NCBI GenBank assembly: GCA_011109175.1
Contig: RDEW01000007.1
Span: 495,712-559,711 of the forward strand
Length of the DNA stretch: 64,000 nt
DNA from: Dicyema japonicum
Lineage: Eukaryota > Animalia > Dicyemida
Reading direction: 5' to 3'
The notes below the pieces were generated by a model. The model saw only the letters and a list, made by a program, of their open reading frames with translations. It searched no databases and had not been told where the DNA came from. Numbering within the stretch: the first letter of the stretch is position 1; the number at the start of each line of letters is the position of its first letter. This document shows, piece after piece, positions 25,400 to 39,141 of this stretch. The translations under genes were made by a program, and so were the position numbers.

Positions 25400-26480
25400 G
25401 ATATTCCACGTCGGAGAGAGACTAACTGTTAAGAAAAAGGTCGCTAACCTGTAAAGAGGAGGGATAGGATCAAACACATAGAGAACGTGAAAGACAACAG
25501 AAAGTTCACGAAGTTGTATGGCTACTCTATGGTCGTTTGTATAGACCTCCAAAACTCTCGATGATAAGGATGGGAGACGTACTGCTGATCAAATGACTTA
25601 GTGGAATTCATGGCAGACCATTTCAATAAGCTATTTACATCGGATGGTTCTGGGAGTATCCCAGTTATTTCTGAAGGGGAGATCTGGGGGAGACAATAAC
25701 CCCCAATAAGTTCAACTAGCATGTGACTTAAGAATGACGAGTCCTAGTCCAGATGGACTCAAGAAGGAACATTTTAAATACGGAATCAGAGGACACTTCT
25801 GGTGGGACAAAGAATTCTTGTTCAAACACCCCACGAGAAGGTGCTGGCCAACGTTATCCTGCTTAGGATCGATGGGAAACTGAAGGATGTCTCTCAGCAT
25901 ACCATAGTGGCTTCTGAAAGGGAAGATCTTTATCGAATGCTGTATTGAGTCAGGAAGATTTAAAACGGTGATAACAGTCCTAGGAATCGAGGACCACTAT
26001 CTCAAGTCTCTTAGAATCATTAGCAGATCTCCTCCGGAATATTTGATTGATAACATGACCAAGGTGGTGTCTTTAAATATCAACTTTAATTCTAAAAGAG
26101 TATTTTCTTCATTATTGGTGGTAACATATTAACTCCCGCTTTATATGTGCAGCTTCCGACAGATAATCCTTCAAGTTACTTCAAATTTCTGGTGGACATG
26201 ATTAGAACCCGAATCCTACGCACTCTGAGACTATTTTATTCAGAACTTTGAGTTTTAGATATCTTAACTCCCCACCACCTCGTCCATGTTTGCGAAAAGG
26301 GGGACATGGGCTTTCATCGGATTTGTTACTCTTTATGTGAATCACTAAAACTTAAAAATTGACACGAAAATTCAGAATATAAGAAAACAGAGGGAAATTT
26401 TGTTCATTGGGAGAGGACTTGAAGCCGCTAAATATATTGGCGACTGGAACTTCTCAAACCTGACTACGCGAGCAGAGGAC
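25400..26480 (-). mobile_element. Degraded LINE RT remnant
   Basis: Broken RT-like text only (VVLDS.LLSPF); no gene structure. Confidence 0.35.
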
Positions 26481-27126
26481 TTCTTTCCTAGAGAAGCGAA
26501 GAAAATACCTGATTAAGAAACCATTTTTGTTGGTGACCTCTCCCATCCAACCAAACGTCGCTAAAAAAGAAGAAATACGAGACCTTCTCTCCCCTCAACC
26601 CACAGTTTATTTTAGAACCTCCACAAGAAAGAAGAGTGGGTGGTTGAGCACATTTCAATTCAGATCGTAATAGGAAATGTGCTCTTAATCACGAAAGCTG
26701 CCACCGGACAATATTAGTTTTCTCTGAGTGGAAGATGAGTTTGAGATTTTTGCTTGCCTTGGATCGCAAGGACTTGGGGTAAAAGAGGAGGATCTCTGGG
26801 GGAGGCGACCTTTTTGTGTCTATTATTCTCAAGTTGGAGTTAAATAAGCTTAATCGCTGAATAAAAAAACTGACTAAAAAAAGTTGATAGAACATTCTGA
26901 TCTCAGGAGCCTGGCTTCAAACAGAGGAGGCCGCAGGGGATTAGCGAGCAAGATCACCTAGGTACGGCACACATATAATTTTAGCACATGATTCCACGTT
27001 TGTTGATAATAATGAGCCTTTTTAAGTCTTACGGTCTCCTCATTCGAATAGTGTCGAGAGTAGCAACTAATAACCCGATCTAACACCCCCCAATAGACAA
27101 ATAATAAAACAAAAATTATGTAAAAA

Positions 27127-27685
27127 TCAATTATAATCAGTATCTTCCGAATCAAAGATCATTTCATCATTTCCAAAAGAGGAGTACCCATAACTCGACT
27201 CATCCTCATCAGGATAGTCCAAGGTGCCCGAAGACTCGTGATCCAACCTAAAATGCAATAACATGGGTACTCGTCATTCATCCAGTAAAACACATCAAAC
27301 ACATACTCCTCGTCCTCACAGTCATTACTGACGGAAACCATTGGAAGATTGTTGCACGTAATAACATCGATCTAAGATTAAAGAGGGGGTAATACTCCGT
27401 AGTCATCGACTCCATATACTTCCTCGATTTCTTCCATGTTGGTACAGTCAACGACATTAACAGTGGTGTTGGCAGAAGGACAGAGTTCACTTATTGCAAG
27501 ACAGGTTATTTCATTCTGAGAGTAAAATGGGCGAATACCTTGTCAGCTGACGTTCCCGCATAGTGAAGCCGTGAATTTGCCTCGCCTGTGATCAGTCTTT
27601 GGCGTTTATTGTACTCATTAACCCAACCATTAGGATCATCACTTAGTTTACGTTTAACTCTGATGATTTTCATGTTAGAACTCAT
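27127..27685 (-). CDS. SLC7A6OS: SLC7A6OS/Iwr1 RNA polymerase II nuclear import factor, 3 micro-introns
   Basis: MSSNMKIIRVKRKLSDDP..KRQR..ITCNNLPM..EDEEYVFDVFY..DYPDEDES. Introns of 23, 24 and 23 nt restore one frame. Confidence 0.8.
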
Positions 27686-27789
27686 AACTGACTCGAAAAA
27701 TTTGAAAACAACAAAGAGGCTCAATATATTTTTTTAAATAAATATTTAAATATAATTTTATGTATAATTAAAATTATTTTAATTAATTT

Positions 27790-28660
27790 TTTCGGAAATG
27801 GAACGGGTCCGGACTCAAAATCCCCGAAGACACAACGAAGCAAAGAAATTGGGATGACATTGTCTGCTCCAAAATTTTGGAAGACCTTAAAAAAGCAAAT
27901 CAACATCGTCTGGCTTGTTTGGTGTCAGCTTCGAGTAGAGGGAGTGGAACATGGCTTGGTGCAATACCTTGCCCAAACCTCGGGACCTTTTTGGACGACG
28001 ATTCTTTGAGGATTGGAATCGGACAAAGGCTGGGACTAGACGTTTGCCAGGAGCACCGATGCCGATGCGGGAAAACAGTCGATGCGAAAGGATTGCACCC
28101 GCTGTCCTGCAGAAGAAGCGCCGGAAGGGGACCACGTCATGCTGCTCTGAATGATGTGATCGTCAGAGCTCTGAAGGCTTCAGGCTTCCCAGCACAGCTT
28201 GAACCAGTGGGTCTTGATCGAGGAGATGGGAAGAGACCTGATGGGATGACCCTTTTCCCCTTCACGTCTGGAAGATCTTTGGTCTGGGACGCAACTTGCA
28301 TAGACACGTTCTCAAGCACGAACATTTTTAAATCGGTTCAGACACCTGGAGCAGCTGCTTCGACTGCGGAAAACCTAAAAATCAAGAAATATTCTTGCCT
28401 CGGGATCGCTACCGATTTACTCCTGTTGCGACCGAATCATCGGGAGCCGTTGGTCCAATGACGGCTGAATTTTTGCAAGAACTCGGAGGATTGCTTGCCA
28501 GAAAGAAAATGGATCAACGAGAAGGGTTATGGCTAAGACAAAATATAGGAATAGCCATACTCCGAGGGAACTCGTTCGCAATCCACGCAGCAGGCTTCCT
28601 CAACTGACATTTGTTTAATTGTTAAAAAATATTTTCGTATTAATTTTTTTATAAAAAAAA
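27790..28660 (+). mobile_element. 5'-truncated CRE-clade LINE (zinc knuckle plus restriction-like endonuclease)
   Basis: SGTWLGAIP..RLGL..CRCG..HPLSC..RHAALND..RPDG..VWDATC..K..KY..PVATESSG..IAILRGN. One missing G at about 28401; A/T-rich tail. Confidence 0.9.
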
Positions 28661-28719
28661 CATGATTATGGCAATTTTATGGGAACTAAAGTTTATATAA
28701 ATTGGCCTAAAAATTAACA

Positions 28720-29950
28720 TCTTCTGCTTTCTAGACATTTTTCTTAACCGTTGTACAGAGAAGAAACGAGAAAGAAATTTTATAAATCGACCAAATAAGC
28801 AATCAGATTGGCCTCAATTACTAGTCGAACTGGACCTTGAGAAGTACTAGTCCAACTATGTCTGGACTTTGAGAAGTATTGATGTGCAGTCTGCTGTCTT
28901 CAAAAGACGAAGGTCAGAGAAGGACTTGACGAACGCTTTGGAAACTACCGCCCCGTTTTTAAAGACCCGAAGGAATTTGACGCTTTCTATAAAGAACCTG
29001 CCAAGATTGTATCTCGCCTAAAGTCTTCATCATTCCTCTTTATTGCGGGCGATTGGAATGCTGAGATTGGGGTACGAAAAGGATACGATTTTTTATTGGA
29101 CCACATAGAAAGGAAGGTCAGGAACTACCCAGGCACTGCTCGAGTATACTCTGCGATGACTTTGACTTGTTCATGTGCAGCACCCAATTTCAAGATTCCG
29201 CACGTCACAAAACAACGTGGACAGACTCCCGAGTTCATACGCGACTCGGGGTCTTATGGAGGACTCATTGTTGACAGTGACCACATATTTGTGTCTGAAA
29301 TCTGGTCTAACTGCGGAGGATAGCTATGAGAGTCTCCACGCGAAATCTAAGAGGTGATGCTTCATCCAAACACAATGTGGTGACCATTCCGGGGATCAAG
29401 AAGGAGGCATATGACTGTACTCTTGGACTCGTCGGCAAGACTGCAAGCAGAATATTTGTATGAGTCAATCAGAAGTATCCACTGGGAGAGGCATGGCTCG
29501 AAATTGTGATGGGGATTCTTTCAGTGGCTAACAAACATTTTGGCGAGAATCGTGACAACAGTGGGCACACCTACCTTTAATCGACTCAGAGATCTCCGGA
29601 AGTACTCAACGACGATATTAAGAAAATTGTTTATGCCGATGATGTTGGCTTTGTCTCAAGTGACAAAGGAACACTTTGACATTCCTGGAGGTAGCACCAG
29701 ACCGCCTGGTCAAATGGTCTCTATCAATGAAGCTGGAGGAAGACCATAAAGCTTGGCTCCTTTCTCGGGGACTCCAAAAATATTGCGAGAAGGAAATTGT
29801 CATCTATGGTGACCGTGCAGCTTATGAAAGGATGGATCTAAAGACGTCTCACCAATCACTCCCTCAGGTGGTATGAGACTTTCGTGAAACCGATCCTAAC
29901 GTACGACTCTGGTATATGGGGAATCTCGACAACCGTGAAACCAGTCACAC
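28720..29950 (+). mobile_element. Decayed, internally deleted RTE-type LINE
   Basis: LIAGDWNAEIG, RHKTTW-like, VDHI and IVYADDVGFV fragments. Confidence 0.75.
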
Positions 29951-30347
29951 CTTAATCGGGTGTATGACTTGGTTATCTGTAATTCACGACCAAGAGCTTC
30001 GAACGTATTGAATGTGTAAGGCACATATCGATGAACTCCCTTTTAGCTTTCATAAAAAATATGAGGACCTTTCATGTGGAAATTATCCGTATCTATGCAA
30101 CAAGACTCTCCGTGAAAAAGTCACAACAAAGGGACGTGGAGAAGGTGACCAGTAAGAGATTTTGATACTGTAGTCGATCAGAAAGGAGGCATGACAATAT
30201 CCAACTGAATTTTTGGATTTTCGTAGCACATATTGAATCTAAAGAATGAAGCGTGGATTAATATGCTTAGAACCATACAAGGACCAAAAATATCTATTGT
30301 ACTCCATTGGTTGTAAAAACGTTATCCCGATCGTTTTAAGAGACGTA

Positions 30348-30512
30348 ACATGCAGGGGACTCAAATGTAAAGATAGAATTACACGTAGGGGACTCAGATG
30401 TAAGGATAGAATCACACGTAAGGTACTCAAGAATAAGGAGAGAATCACACGTGGGGGACTCAGGTGTAAGGATAGAATTACACGTAGGGTACTCAAGAGT
30501 AGGGAGATAATC
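30348..30512. repeat. Minisatellite, 5 x 33 bp
   Basis: Unit ACACGTAGGGGACTCAGATGTAAGGATAGAATC and variants. Confidence 0.9.
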
Positions 30513-30699
30513 TGTATATACGAAAGATGGAAAGATTGGAAATATTGAAAATTATTAAACTTTAATTTATTAGGAACCACGAGAAAGAGGACCGGAGTTG
30601 TCGTCTAAATTAAGTGATCCCTGTGTCCATACTAGGCTTTCTCCTCAGCTAGTTTTGGAATCCTGGATTAATCTCCACAAAGGAGAAGGTTTCTTCTAT

Positions 30700-31588
30700 G
30701 AACAGGACAGGTCTCTCAAGGATCGCCCCTTCTCTCCGGCGTTATTCAACTTATTCCTCACGATTTACCCTGCCTGGAGGACCAGATTCAATGCTTCTCA
30801 CTTATGCTGACGACCTAATCATCGCTAGCAGGAACAAATACGTGGGGACAGCAAAATCAGAGCTTCAGTCACATATTGACAACCTGGGAGCCTGGTTGAA
30901 GTTGAATCGTCTCTCCATATCCAGGGATAAATCAGCGTATACAATCTTCACTACGGACAGAAAAGAAAAACATACACTGGATTTGAACATTTATGGAACT
31001 ACTTACCACTACAGATTCGTCCAACTATCCTGGGAGTGACATTTGACCCTTTGATGATATTTTCTCAACATGTGAAGAACGTTATGACAAAGGGTCTCAG
31101 GAAACTTAATATAATCAAACCGCTCTTGAAGTCCAGGCCGTCACAGGAATGCGCCTTCGTCGTGTTCAATCAACTCCTAAAACCGACGATTGAGTATGCT
31201 TGTGCCTCATGGGCCTATGGAGCTTCGATATCAAATTCACTCAATATCAATTCCCTAATTGGCAAACTAGCACGTCTAACGAATCTACCCCCGATCTTTC
31301 CCCCAATGCTTGACCACGCAGCAATCAAAAATAATGGCTCCGGTTTCATCGTCTGTGTGGCGTTTTCTTCCATTCAAGGCTAGGGCCTCAAATACACGAA
31401 ATTTGGGGAAAAAACCCACCCTCTTCAAACTCTAATGAAAAGATGATCGTCGTCTATTCAGGAAAGCCGTGGGTACTCTGGAGGAACACAGGAAAACCTC
31501 TCGATCCTGTTGAGGCGTACGGGATCACTTAATTGGTTTACTCTTCTTTCTTGGTGTTCCCTTTTCGGGGTTAAATAAATAAATAAAT
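30700..31588 (+). mobile_element. LINE 3' portion (I/Jockey-like RT) with (TAAA)n tail
   Basis: QG..SPALFNLF, LLTYADDL, WLKLNRLSISRDKS, ILGVTFDP, LKPTIEYA..W; tail AAATAAATAAATAAAT. Confidence 0.8.
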
Positions 31589-31799
31589 GGACAGGTTTCC
31601 AGATAGTTTGAATTCCGGTCCGAAGGGATATTCAGGAGACTTTGCCATTTTGAGGAAGTCTCGCTGGCATTCCGTAAAGCATTCCATGTTTGGTGCGACG
31701 TTTAGTGTCTTCTGTAGCAACGACGTGGGAGTCTATTTCGATGTTTTTAATAATATTCTAAGGTAGTGGTTTTGTAACATGCGAATTGGGGGTAAGTGT

Positions 31800-32040
31800 G
31801 ATACAATAAATCGAAAGGTTAAAACGGGCAAATTTTTTGTTTGTTCTACTCGCCTTTGAGACCTATGGTTTCCTTGCGCCTGCGACGCAGGAATTCTTGA
31901 GTCGTCTAGGGAAACGGATTTCTAGAAGATCAGGAGATCCCCGTGAGCGCTGGTGGTTATTTGAGCGAATCTCGCACGACTGAGATGTGTGGTCATTATT
32001 ATTACCTCAAGAACATCAATAGTTATTTTTTATTAAAAGA
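31800..32040 (+). mobile_element. CRE-clade 3' remnant
   Basis: LAFETYGFLAPATQEFLSRLGKRISRRSGDPRERWWLFERIS. Confidence 0.75.
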
Positions 32041-32099
32041 CAATTATTTAACAAAAACAAATGTTGACAAATAGTTAATAAAAATTTAACAAAAACAAA

Positions 32100-32560
32100 T
32101 AGTTAATTTAATTATTAAATTAATTAAGTGATCTCGGTATCCTCAGTCAGATTTCTTATTTTCTCCTTGTGGGCTTCTAGGATCCAGCAAAGCTTCTCTG
32201 TGGACGGGATGATTTGGAAATAGAAATTGGGTGGTATATCCTTCTCATAAGACACGTCCTAACTGTTTTTTGTTGGGAGTTTCAGTTCATGCGCAGGGAG
32301 GCTTGATTCCCCATGACGCACAGGCGTAGCTGACAGATGGCTCAATGAATTAATGTGTGTCGAAGGTGATCCCAAGATTTTCAGTTTCTTCTTGCAAGGT
32401 ATTTTTGTCTGGTTGATGAATATATCCACCGGCATTTGTCTGAGTCGTTTGTCTGAGGTAAATTTGGTCATTAATAACGTAAAAAGAAAAGTATTGCTGG
32501 CTGTGAACAAAGCACCAGGGATTTACTCTTCCCCACTCTACTGGAGGGGTTCTCACAACT
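32100..32560 (-). mobile_element. LINE 3' remnant of the same type as 30700-31588
   Basis: IFINQTKIP..LKILGITFDTH, followed by the GATCACTTAATT end motif. Confidence 0.6.
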
Positions 32561-33757
32561 GCAAGTTGACATCTTCCACCTTTTATGGTGGTTCTGGATG
32601 GACTTGTGTGGAAGGATTCTGTGACAGTGGGAACAGGATACATTTAATTAGTTGTTGACCGAGCTGCGATGGCATAGTCAACAGGCTTACACGTGCAAAG
32701 AATGCTATTTATTTCTATTAAGGGACAATGTCATTAACTAATCCCTAGGGATATAAATTTCCGAGGACTTTTATACGGGAGAAGGTGAGAAGGATTGTCT
32801 ATGATGTAACTAAATGTTCATTATGTCTTGAAACAAAGAAATTCGATTAGGCACGAATGTCACGTACATTGGGTGCGTGCTTAAATAGTTCAGTAATACT
32901 GAGACTGACTTGTTATCACAGTTCCTGGCCGGTGATCCTCCAAATTCTTTCATCTTCCTGTTGGACTGGATTTCATCCCGGATCCTACAGGCACCCGACA
33001 CTTTCTTCGTTCAGAACTTTGGATTTCTGCTGCCATACTTCACCTATCCCATGGTCACGAGAAGGAAGGCAGGAGCTTTCATCCATCATGAAGATGAGTA
33101 GACGTTGAGTCAATAGAGGAACGTCACACCTCAACCGTCTCGACAATAATTGACTAAGAGCACTAAGCCATTCTGCATGTTGGATATCTCAGATCTGCTC
33201 AGTTTTTAAGTTTCTAATAGGAACCCCCCTCTCCCGGCATGAAGAGATCGAGGGCTGTCCTCACTTGTGTGATTTGTGAGTTGGATCGCAATTCCATCAG
33301 GGTCAGTCAATCCCTCGAAGTTCAAATTCGCTCTAATATTTCTGACTCACGAACCACTCACCATGACCTAGTTATCTCCCTTTTTGAACAGATTCCCGGG
33401 ACCTTCGTTCACTCAGAAAAAAACATCCGACAATATCAGCCGGTCCATGAAAGTCCCCTACTGGTTAGTGAAGAGGGGTAATCACCCAACTACTACATTT
33501 CCAAGGAAACACTGCTCTAATGCACTTAAATGTTGTTTATCAATTTAACCACAAGTAGTGGTTGATGATATTTGTATATTTACACTGGAACGTGAAGACA
33601 AGGTCTATTTCGTTAGATCAGTGAATATTGACCAAATTAAATAAATTAACCCCACCTATCAAATTAGCTATGCATGAGCACAACGAGCCGTTCACGTGAT
33701 CGAACAATTAAAATATTGATTAATATAAATTTTTGGAATATTTAGAATATAAATCAT

Positions 33758-34388
33758 TTATTTTTTAATTTTCTTGGGCATATGTTTGTTCTGGATGTGT
33801 TTGGACAGGTGATCGGATCGGATGTATTTTAGGAGGCAGTATTGACACGTGTAGTTCCTCTCTCCGGTGTGCATTCTCTTGTGCCTCCCCAACTCGTCCG
33901 ATCTGGAGAATGAACGATCACAGTTTTCAAATGTGCACTTGTATGGTTTCTCCCCTAAACTATGTTTACTTCAACGGTACCCGTGTGCTTTCGATAATGT
34001 GTTTTCAGGTGGGAGTTTTTGTAATAAGCTTTTCCACAGTCTTTGAAGGAACAGACAAACTTCTTCACTCTTTGAGGCCCTGCCTTTTGGGGACTTTGGT
34101 TCATTTGGTTTGACAGATGATCACTGTCCGAAGAACAGACTGAAGACTCAATGCTAACAGATTGGTTCTCCTCCCTTGAAATCCCCAAAATGCTTTCAAT
34201 TGTAAAACTGGAGGGAGGCTAAGACTCAAATGGATTATTACTGTTTTTCGATTCGAGGGATAAACTGGCATTAAAAAGTTTCTCTGATTGATCGAACTGT
34301 TCATCATCATCAAGCATTTTGCTGCCATCATGACGTCTTCGTCTATCATGGGTTGGGGTTTTACTGACTGTCTGAGGATTGTGTTCAT
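33758..34388 (-). CDS. Kruppel-like factor of the KLF9/10/11/13 (cabut) group, 2 micro-introns
   Basis: Three C2H2 fingers [25 protein letters not shown]|[36 protein letters not shown]; N-terminal AAKCLMMM. The start could instead be 34349. Confidence 0.92.
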
Positions 34389-34879
34389 TTGTAATAAACT
34401 TTTCGCTTTCCGGTAAATATATATTGCGAAGTTCATACGCTCTGCACGTGATCGTTTAAACAAATTTGTATTTTTCCTTGGAATGTCCGCTTGATTAGAA
34501 ATCTGACGCAATAATTGTTCTTTCAATATTGGAACCACTTGTATGACCTCGTAGTCTTAAGCTGATGATTCATCCCACGTGTCCCTCCCTCGTGGCCGTC
34601 CATTACGCTAAAATTGACTTTTTCACAGCCCGAAGTATTAGACTTGAGGCATCATAAAAGGATTGGGTGGCCTGATTCTAGCTGTTTCATCTCCCCAAGT
34701 TAAATTGCCCTTTCGAAGGCGTGAACAATATAGTTTGTGGTTAGTTTACTATCCGGTTAATCTATCATAGCATCTTCTTGGTGAAAATAATACTATGGTT
34801 TTGTCAGAAGTGAATGTTAGTATATCTGCCATATGAGGTCCAATCCCTTTGTTTTACTGAGTGACAAAGGATTTAAGAA

Positions 34880-35200
34880 TTTTGACGTTGGTTGCAGATG
34901 CATTGAGCACGCAATGATCGTGAGTCCATGTTCTAGAAGAGCCATCGTATCTAGGCTCTCCCTTACGTAATCGACGATTAACCTGATAAACTCACATGTG
35001 ATTGGGGCAAGCATGCCAGAGGTCTCAGCGGAGATCGACTGGAATGGGAACTGATTCCCAATGACGCGATACTTCCTTTTCGAATCTTCTGGGCAATCCG
35101 CGTGCAACGGTCTTCTGGGCAATCGCGGAGCAGATTGAACTAATAAAATAGCCCCAAATGGGAGGACCTATATGCACTAAAGTGTTTCTGAGACAGCCCA
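34880..35200 (-). mobile_element. CRE-clade 3' remnant
   Basis: EDSKRKYRVIGNQFPFQSISAETSGMLAP. Confidence 0.6.
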
Positions 35201-36495
35201 TTGAGAAGTACATAATAATTTATTATTGATGCGTGGGTTCGGTTCCCCCATTGGTAATTTGGTCGGAGATTTCTTTTCCTTTCTTGTTGGAGTGGTCATG
35301 TGAATGTGATATTAGAAGGTCTCAGCTTCTGTGATCATGGGAACTGAAGACTAAGTTCCTCCAATTTTTGTACCATCCGAGACCCGGGGTATAGTGCATA
35401 TCTAAAATCTCTTGAGTCCATTGTTTTGTCCGTCTCACGAGCAGGGGAACGAAAAGGTCACATGCTTTCGAGATTACCTAAAAGTGGGAATCCAAGACTA
35501 TCAGTTAAGAACAAATTTTTGTTGAATATGGGAAATGACGGAAATATCGATATTTTCTGAATTTCAACCTCGAGTGGTTTTGCAGAAATAATTAAAAGTA
35601 CAAATTTAACCAATAATTGTTAGATATTGTGGTGGTTACGCTTAGATGGGTGGTTCCATACCTCAATTTCACATATATTTTATTTTCTAAGATCACTGTT
35701 AGCTCTTGTTCTCCCTTTTTGCATGGCTGACGAAATGGTGGACGCTGGAGAACTACAAAAATCAGGATATCCATGTTGACATGTTTAGCCTTGAAAAGGG
35801 GAATTAGTCGGATTATTAATTCTCGAATAATCCGTTAATAGTATACGATGAGTTGACACTCGTATTCGACATGCACGTGTCAACTGAAGATATTTCGAAG
35901 GTATTTTCGCTTTTGTGAAGCCAATTACATGTTGATACACGGAATCTTGTTGTTTAGGAAGAGTCGTCCTCCATGGCCATGTTGGCTGTGTCCCCAGGAA
36001 TTCTTAATGTCCAAAGAGCCTCCGTTGAGCTTCTGTGATTTCAATCGAGAGTGTCGAGCACCTAATTTGCTCTTACCCAGTTCCTTTTGATATTCTGCAG
36101 CCCCTTCGACAGGAAAATGTTTGTCTCAGCTGCCTGGGGCAAAAAGAGACCAATTTTCAAGGTCTCTTTGAGTAGGTTCAGTAGCAGCACAGGCTTAACC
36201 ATTGCGCCATATGGGCGTATTCTCGTGTCGAGTTCTTTGTGTACAAGCCAAGTTTTCCTCCTTTCAATATCTTCGTGGTCTCCTAAAAGGGACTAACTTT
36301 TTGGTGGTTCACCAATTCTGAGAAATCCACGTAATTATTTAAAAAATTACCGTATTTATGAGATTATACTCGTATTTTATTGATTAGTCAGAATATCAAA
36401 AAAAATTTCTAAAATTATGATAAAAAATGATTTTTTAATAAATTTATTATTTATAAGCAATAAATAAATGTAATCAATTTAATTCAATTGCGCTT

Positions 36496-37137
36496 ATGGG
36501 TTTCCCGCGCGTCTCTGTTAAGCCAAAGATGAAGAAAAAGTTGAGAAGACTCAAGTCCCCCAACAAAAAAATAACAGATTACTGGTCTCCTCGGAAAAGC
36601 ATGAGATTGATAGCGAAAAAACAGAAGGTACTCCCATTTTTTTATTTCAGGCCAGTGACGAACTCAATCTGCATGAAAAAATACTTAATGGGATCGAAGA
36701 GGGCTTAACTGTTAAGACCTTCCCAGATAAAGGTCGAGGAGTAGTGGCTACTCGGAAATTTTATAAGGACGAGTATGTCCTTCATTATGTGGGGGACTCA
36801 ATTGACCCTCAGATTGCCCACGAACGGGAACTTCAGTACGTTGATGAAGAAAAAGACTGCTACATCTTCTCATTTGAGTTTGGCGGCAAGAAATACTGGT
36901 GACACGTGGCTTTATTGTAGCATCGATGCCACTGAGGAGAATGGGAGACTGGGACGCCTTATAAATCACTCACGATTGAGGCCCAACTGTGAAACTAGAC
37001 TTATGGTTGTTCATGGAAAACCCTACATCACTATCTGGACGAGAAAGGACATTTCCGTGGGAGATGAACTATTATTTGACTATGGAGTTAAGTCACGTGC
37101 TGCGACAGAGGCCTATCCTTGGCTTGCTAATTCGTAG
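36496..37137 (+). CDS. KMT5A: H4K20 monomethyltransferase SETD8/PR-Set7, two 22-nt introns
   Basis: PIP-like KKITDYW, RKSMR, KGRGVVATRKF, CYIFSF, CIDATEENGRLGRLINHS, ELLFDYG, EAYPWL. Confidence 0.95.
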
Positions 37138-37539
37138 TTATAAATAATAACTATTTGCGTCAATTTAGTGTAATATTATTGACTTTATGGTCCCATCATA
37201 GATGTAGTCTGGTAGCGTAGTGGTTAATGATGTCATCGTCGCATGTGGGTAAGATCTCCTGCCGGTACCTACTTGGCTGAAGGATGATTTTCTGCGCCTT
37301 GCCTTCTTCAATTCCTTGACGTGTCATTGGAACCATTTACCTCAGGTTACGCCCAATCTGGCCGTCATTCAAAGTTGGTCTCTATCTAAGCCTTCACCTG
37401 CGGATGGGCTACGCCTCATTCTTGCCGGGGAACTGGATAAGGTATATCTGGGATTATTCAAAAATGATGTAGTCTATCTATCTTTTTAAGGTCAGTTAAT
37501 TTAGAGGTCAAACAAAACATAATTCCTACGATTAATTTA

Positions 37540-37730
37540 GTGAGGAACCCCCCACCGCATTCCATCTCGCAATAGCTAGCGAATCTCCCTCGAATAGTCA
37601 GTGGCGTTCACAAAGATCGTCCAAACGGGTGGAGATTTGACCCCCCAAGTCGACTCAGAAATTCCTCTGTCGAGGGTCCTGTGCATTGAAAGTCTCCATA
37701 GCGAATGGAACAACCTGCATTCCATGGGTA
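37540..37730 (-). mobile_element. CRE-clade 3' remnant
   Basis: VVPFAMET..GPSTEEFLSRLG..LAIARWNA. Confidence 0.65.
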
Positions 37731-37838
37731 AGTATCCTTTTATATAAATGAATCATATTAAGGTTCGTAGGTTAGCTGACTAGGTGGTGGACAAAATTGC
37801 CGACTCTCTGGTTTGTGTTTGACCCAATTGGTCTAGCG

Positions 37839-39141
37839 CAGTGGTTCTTAATGGGGGCGCTGGAATTTTAATTTTTTAATTATTATAAATATTTGACGAC
37901 ATGAAAATTCGCTTTAATGATTTAAAAAATTTAAAATTTTTTGATTGATATTTTTAATCCTTTTGAAGCTGAAAACGTTACCACATTTCCATAAATAAAA
38001 ATTTATTAAATATGAATTTGAAGCTAAAGTCATATTTGGCAAATATGGATATCAACAAATCTGCGTTACTCAGAAAAAATATCATCAATTGTGGAATGAA
38101 ATCGAAACACTTATAATAGCAATCCTTCAACATATCTATCGAAAGAGGATTTAGTGCAGTCTCCAATATTTTGAGCAAAAAAAGAAATAAATTGCAAATT
38201 GTGAGTAGCGGAGATTTGAGACTAAGTCTGTCAGCTATGGAAGCTGACATAAAGGGATTGACAAATTCTCATTAAACACAAGGCAGTAACTACGCGACCG
38301 ATTCGCGTTCTATCCCATTGTGGTCGAGACAATTCGAGGAATAAGTGGAAAATCGCTTCCCTTCTAAAGAAACTTAAACGCCTAGCTACACTAAAAAACC
38401 ACGATCCATGTGGGACCCTGTAGTCTTTCCAGTTGATCTCTGTTACAACCGTGAGAGGCGAGGCAACGTCGGTAATGTCGGCGGGGACAACTTTGGCTGG
38501 ATGCACTCCTGTGTTTCTCCAAAGGGACCCTTTTGGACGATGATTGTATTCGGATTGGGATCGTACAGCGCCTGGGAGTTGATGTATGCGTCGAACACCA
38601 ATGTCGTTTCAAAGGGATCGTCGATGCCAAAGGGCTGCATCCGCTTTTGTGCAAGAGGAGTGCGGGCAGAACACCCTGCACGCTGCTATGAGCAACATCG
38701 TCATGCGTGCTCTTGAAGCTGCAGTTTTCCCGGCAGTGCTGGAGCCCGTGGATTGGACCGCGAAAAGACCGGATGGGCTAACAATCTTTCCGTTCACTGA
38801 GGGAAAATCGCTCGTATGGGACTGCACTGTTGTAGATTCCTTCTCGAAAGATTCTTTCTTGAACTCGATGATGCTCAGCTCGGCGTAGTCTGCTGGATCG
38901 GCAACTGATCTGGCCGAGAAAATCAAGATTAAAAAAATATGGCGAAATCGGAGATCGTTGGTACCTATCGAAACGTCTGGTGCTGCGGGAAGTATCACAG
39001 CCTCTTTCCTGAAGGAAATCGGGTGGAAATTGGGAATTGTGAAAAGTTTCCACATACAATTTGAAAAAAATGACCAAATAAATCCGCAATTAAAAAAATT
39101 AAATCTTAAGGGGGCGCTGACTTGAAAAGGTTAAGAACCTG
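37839..39141. mobile_element. Non-autonomous hAT element carrying a nested CRE fragment
   Basis: Ends CAGTGGTTCTTAA / TTAAGAACCTG; TSD GTCTAGCG / GTCTAGCT; GGGGGCGCTG subterminal repeats. Confidence 0.8.
38443..39035 (+). mobile_element. CRE-clade fragment
   Basis: [36 protein letters not shown]; closely similar to 61985-62600. Confidence 0.85.

Noticed and set aside
30348-30512. CRISPR-like array
   Set aside because: The units are contiguous with no unique spacers, and the context is eukaryotic. The same applies to the ETS repeats.
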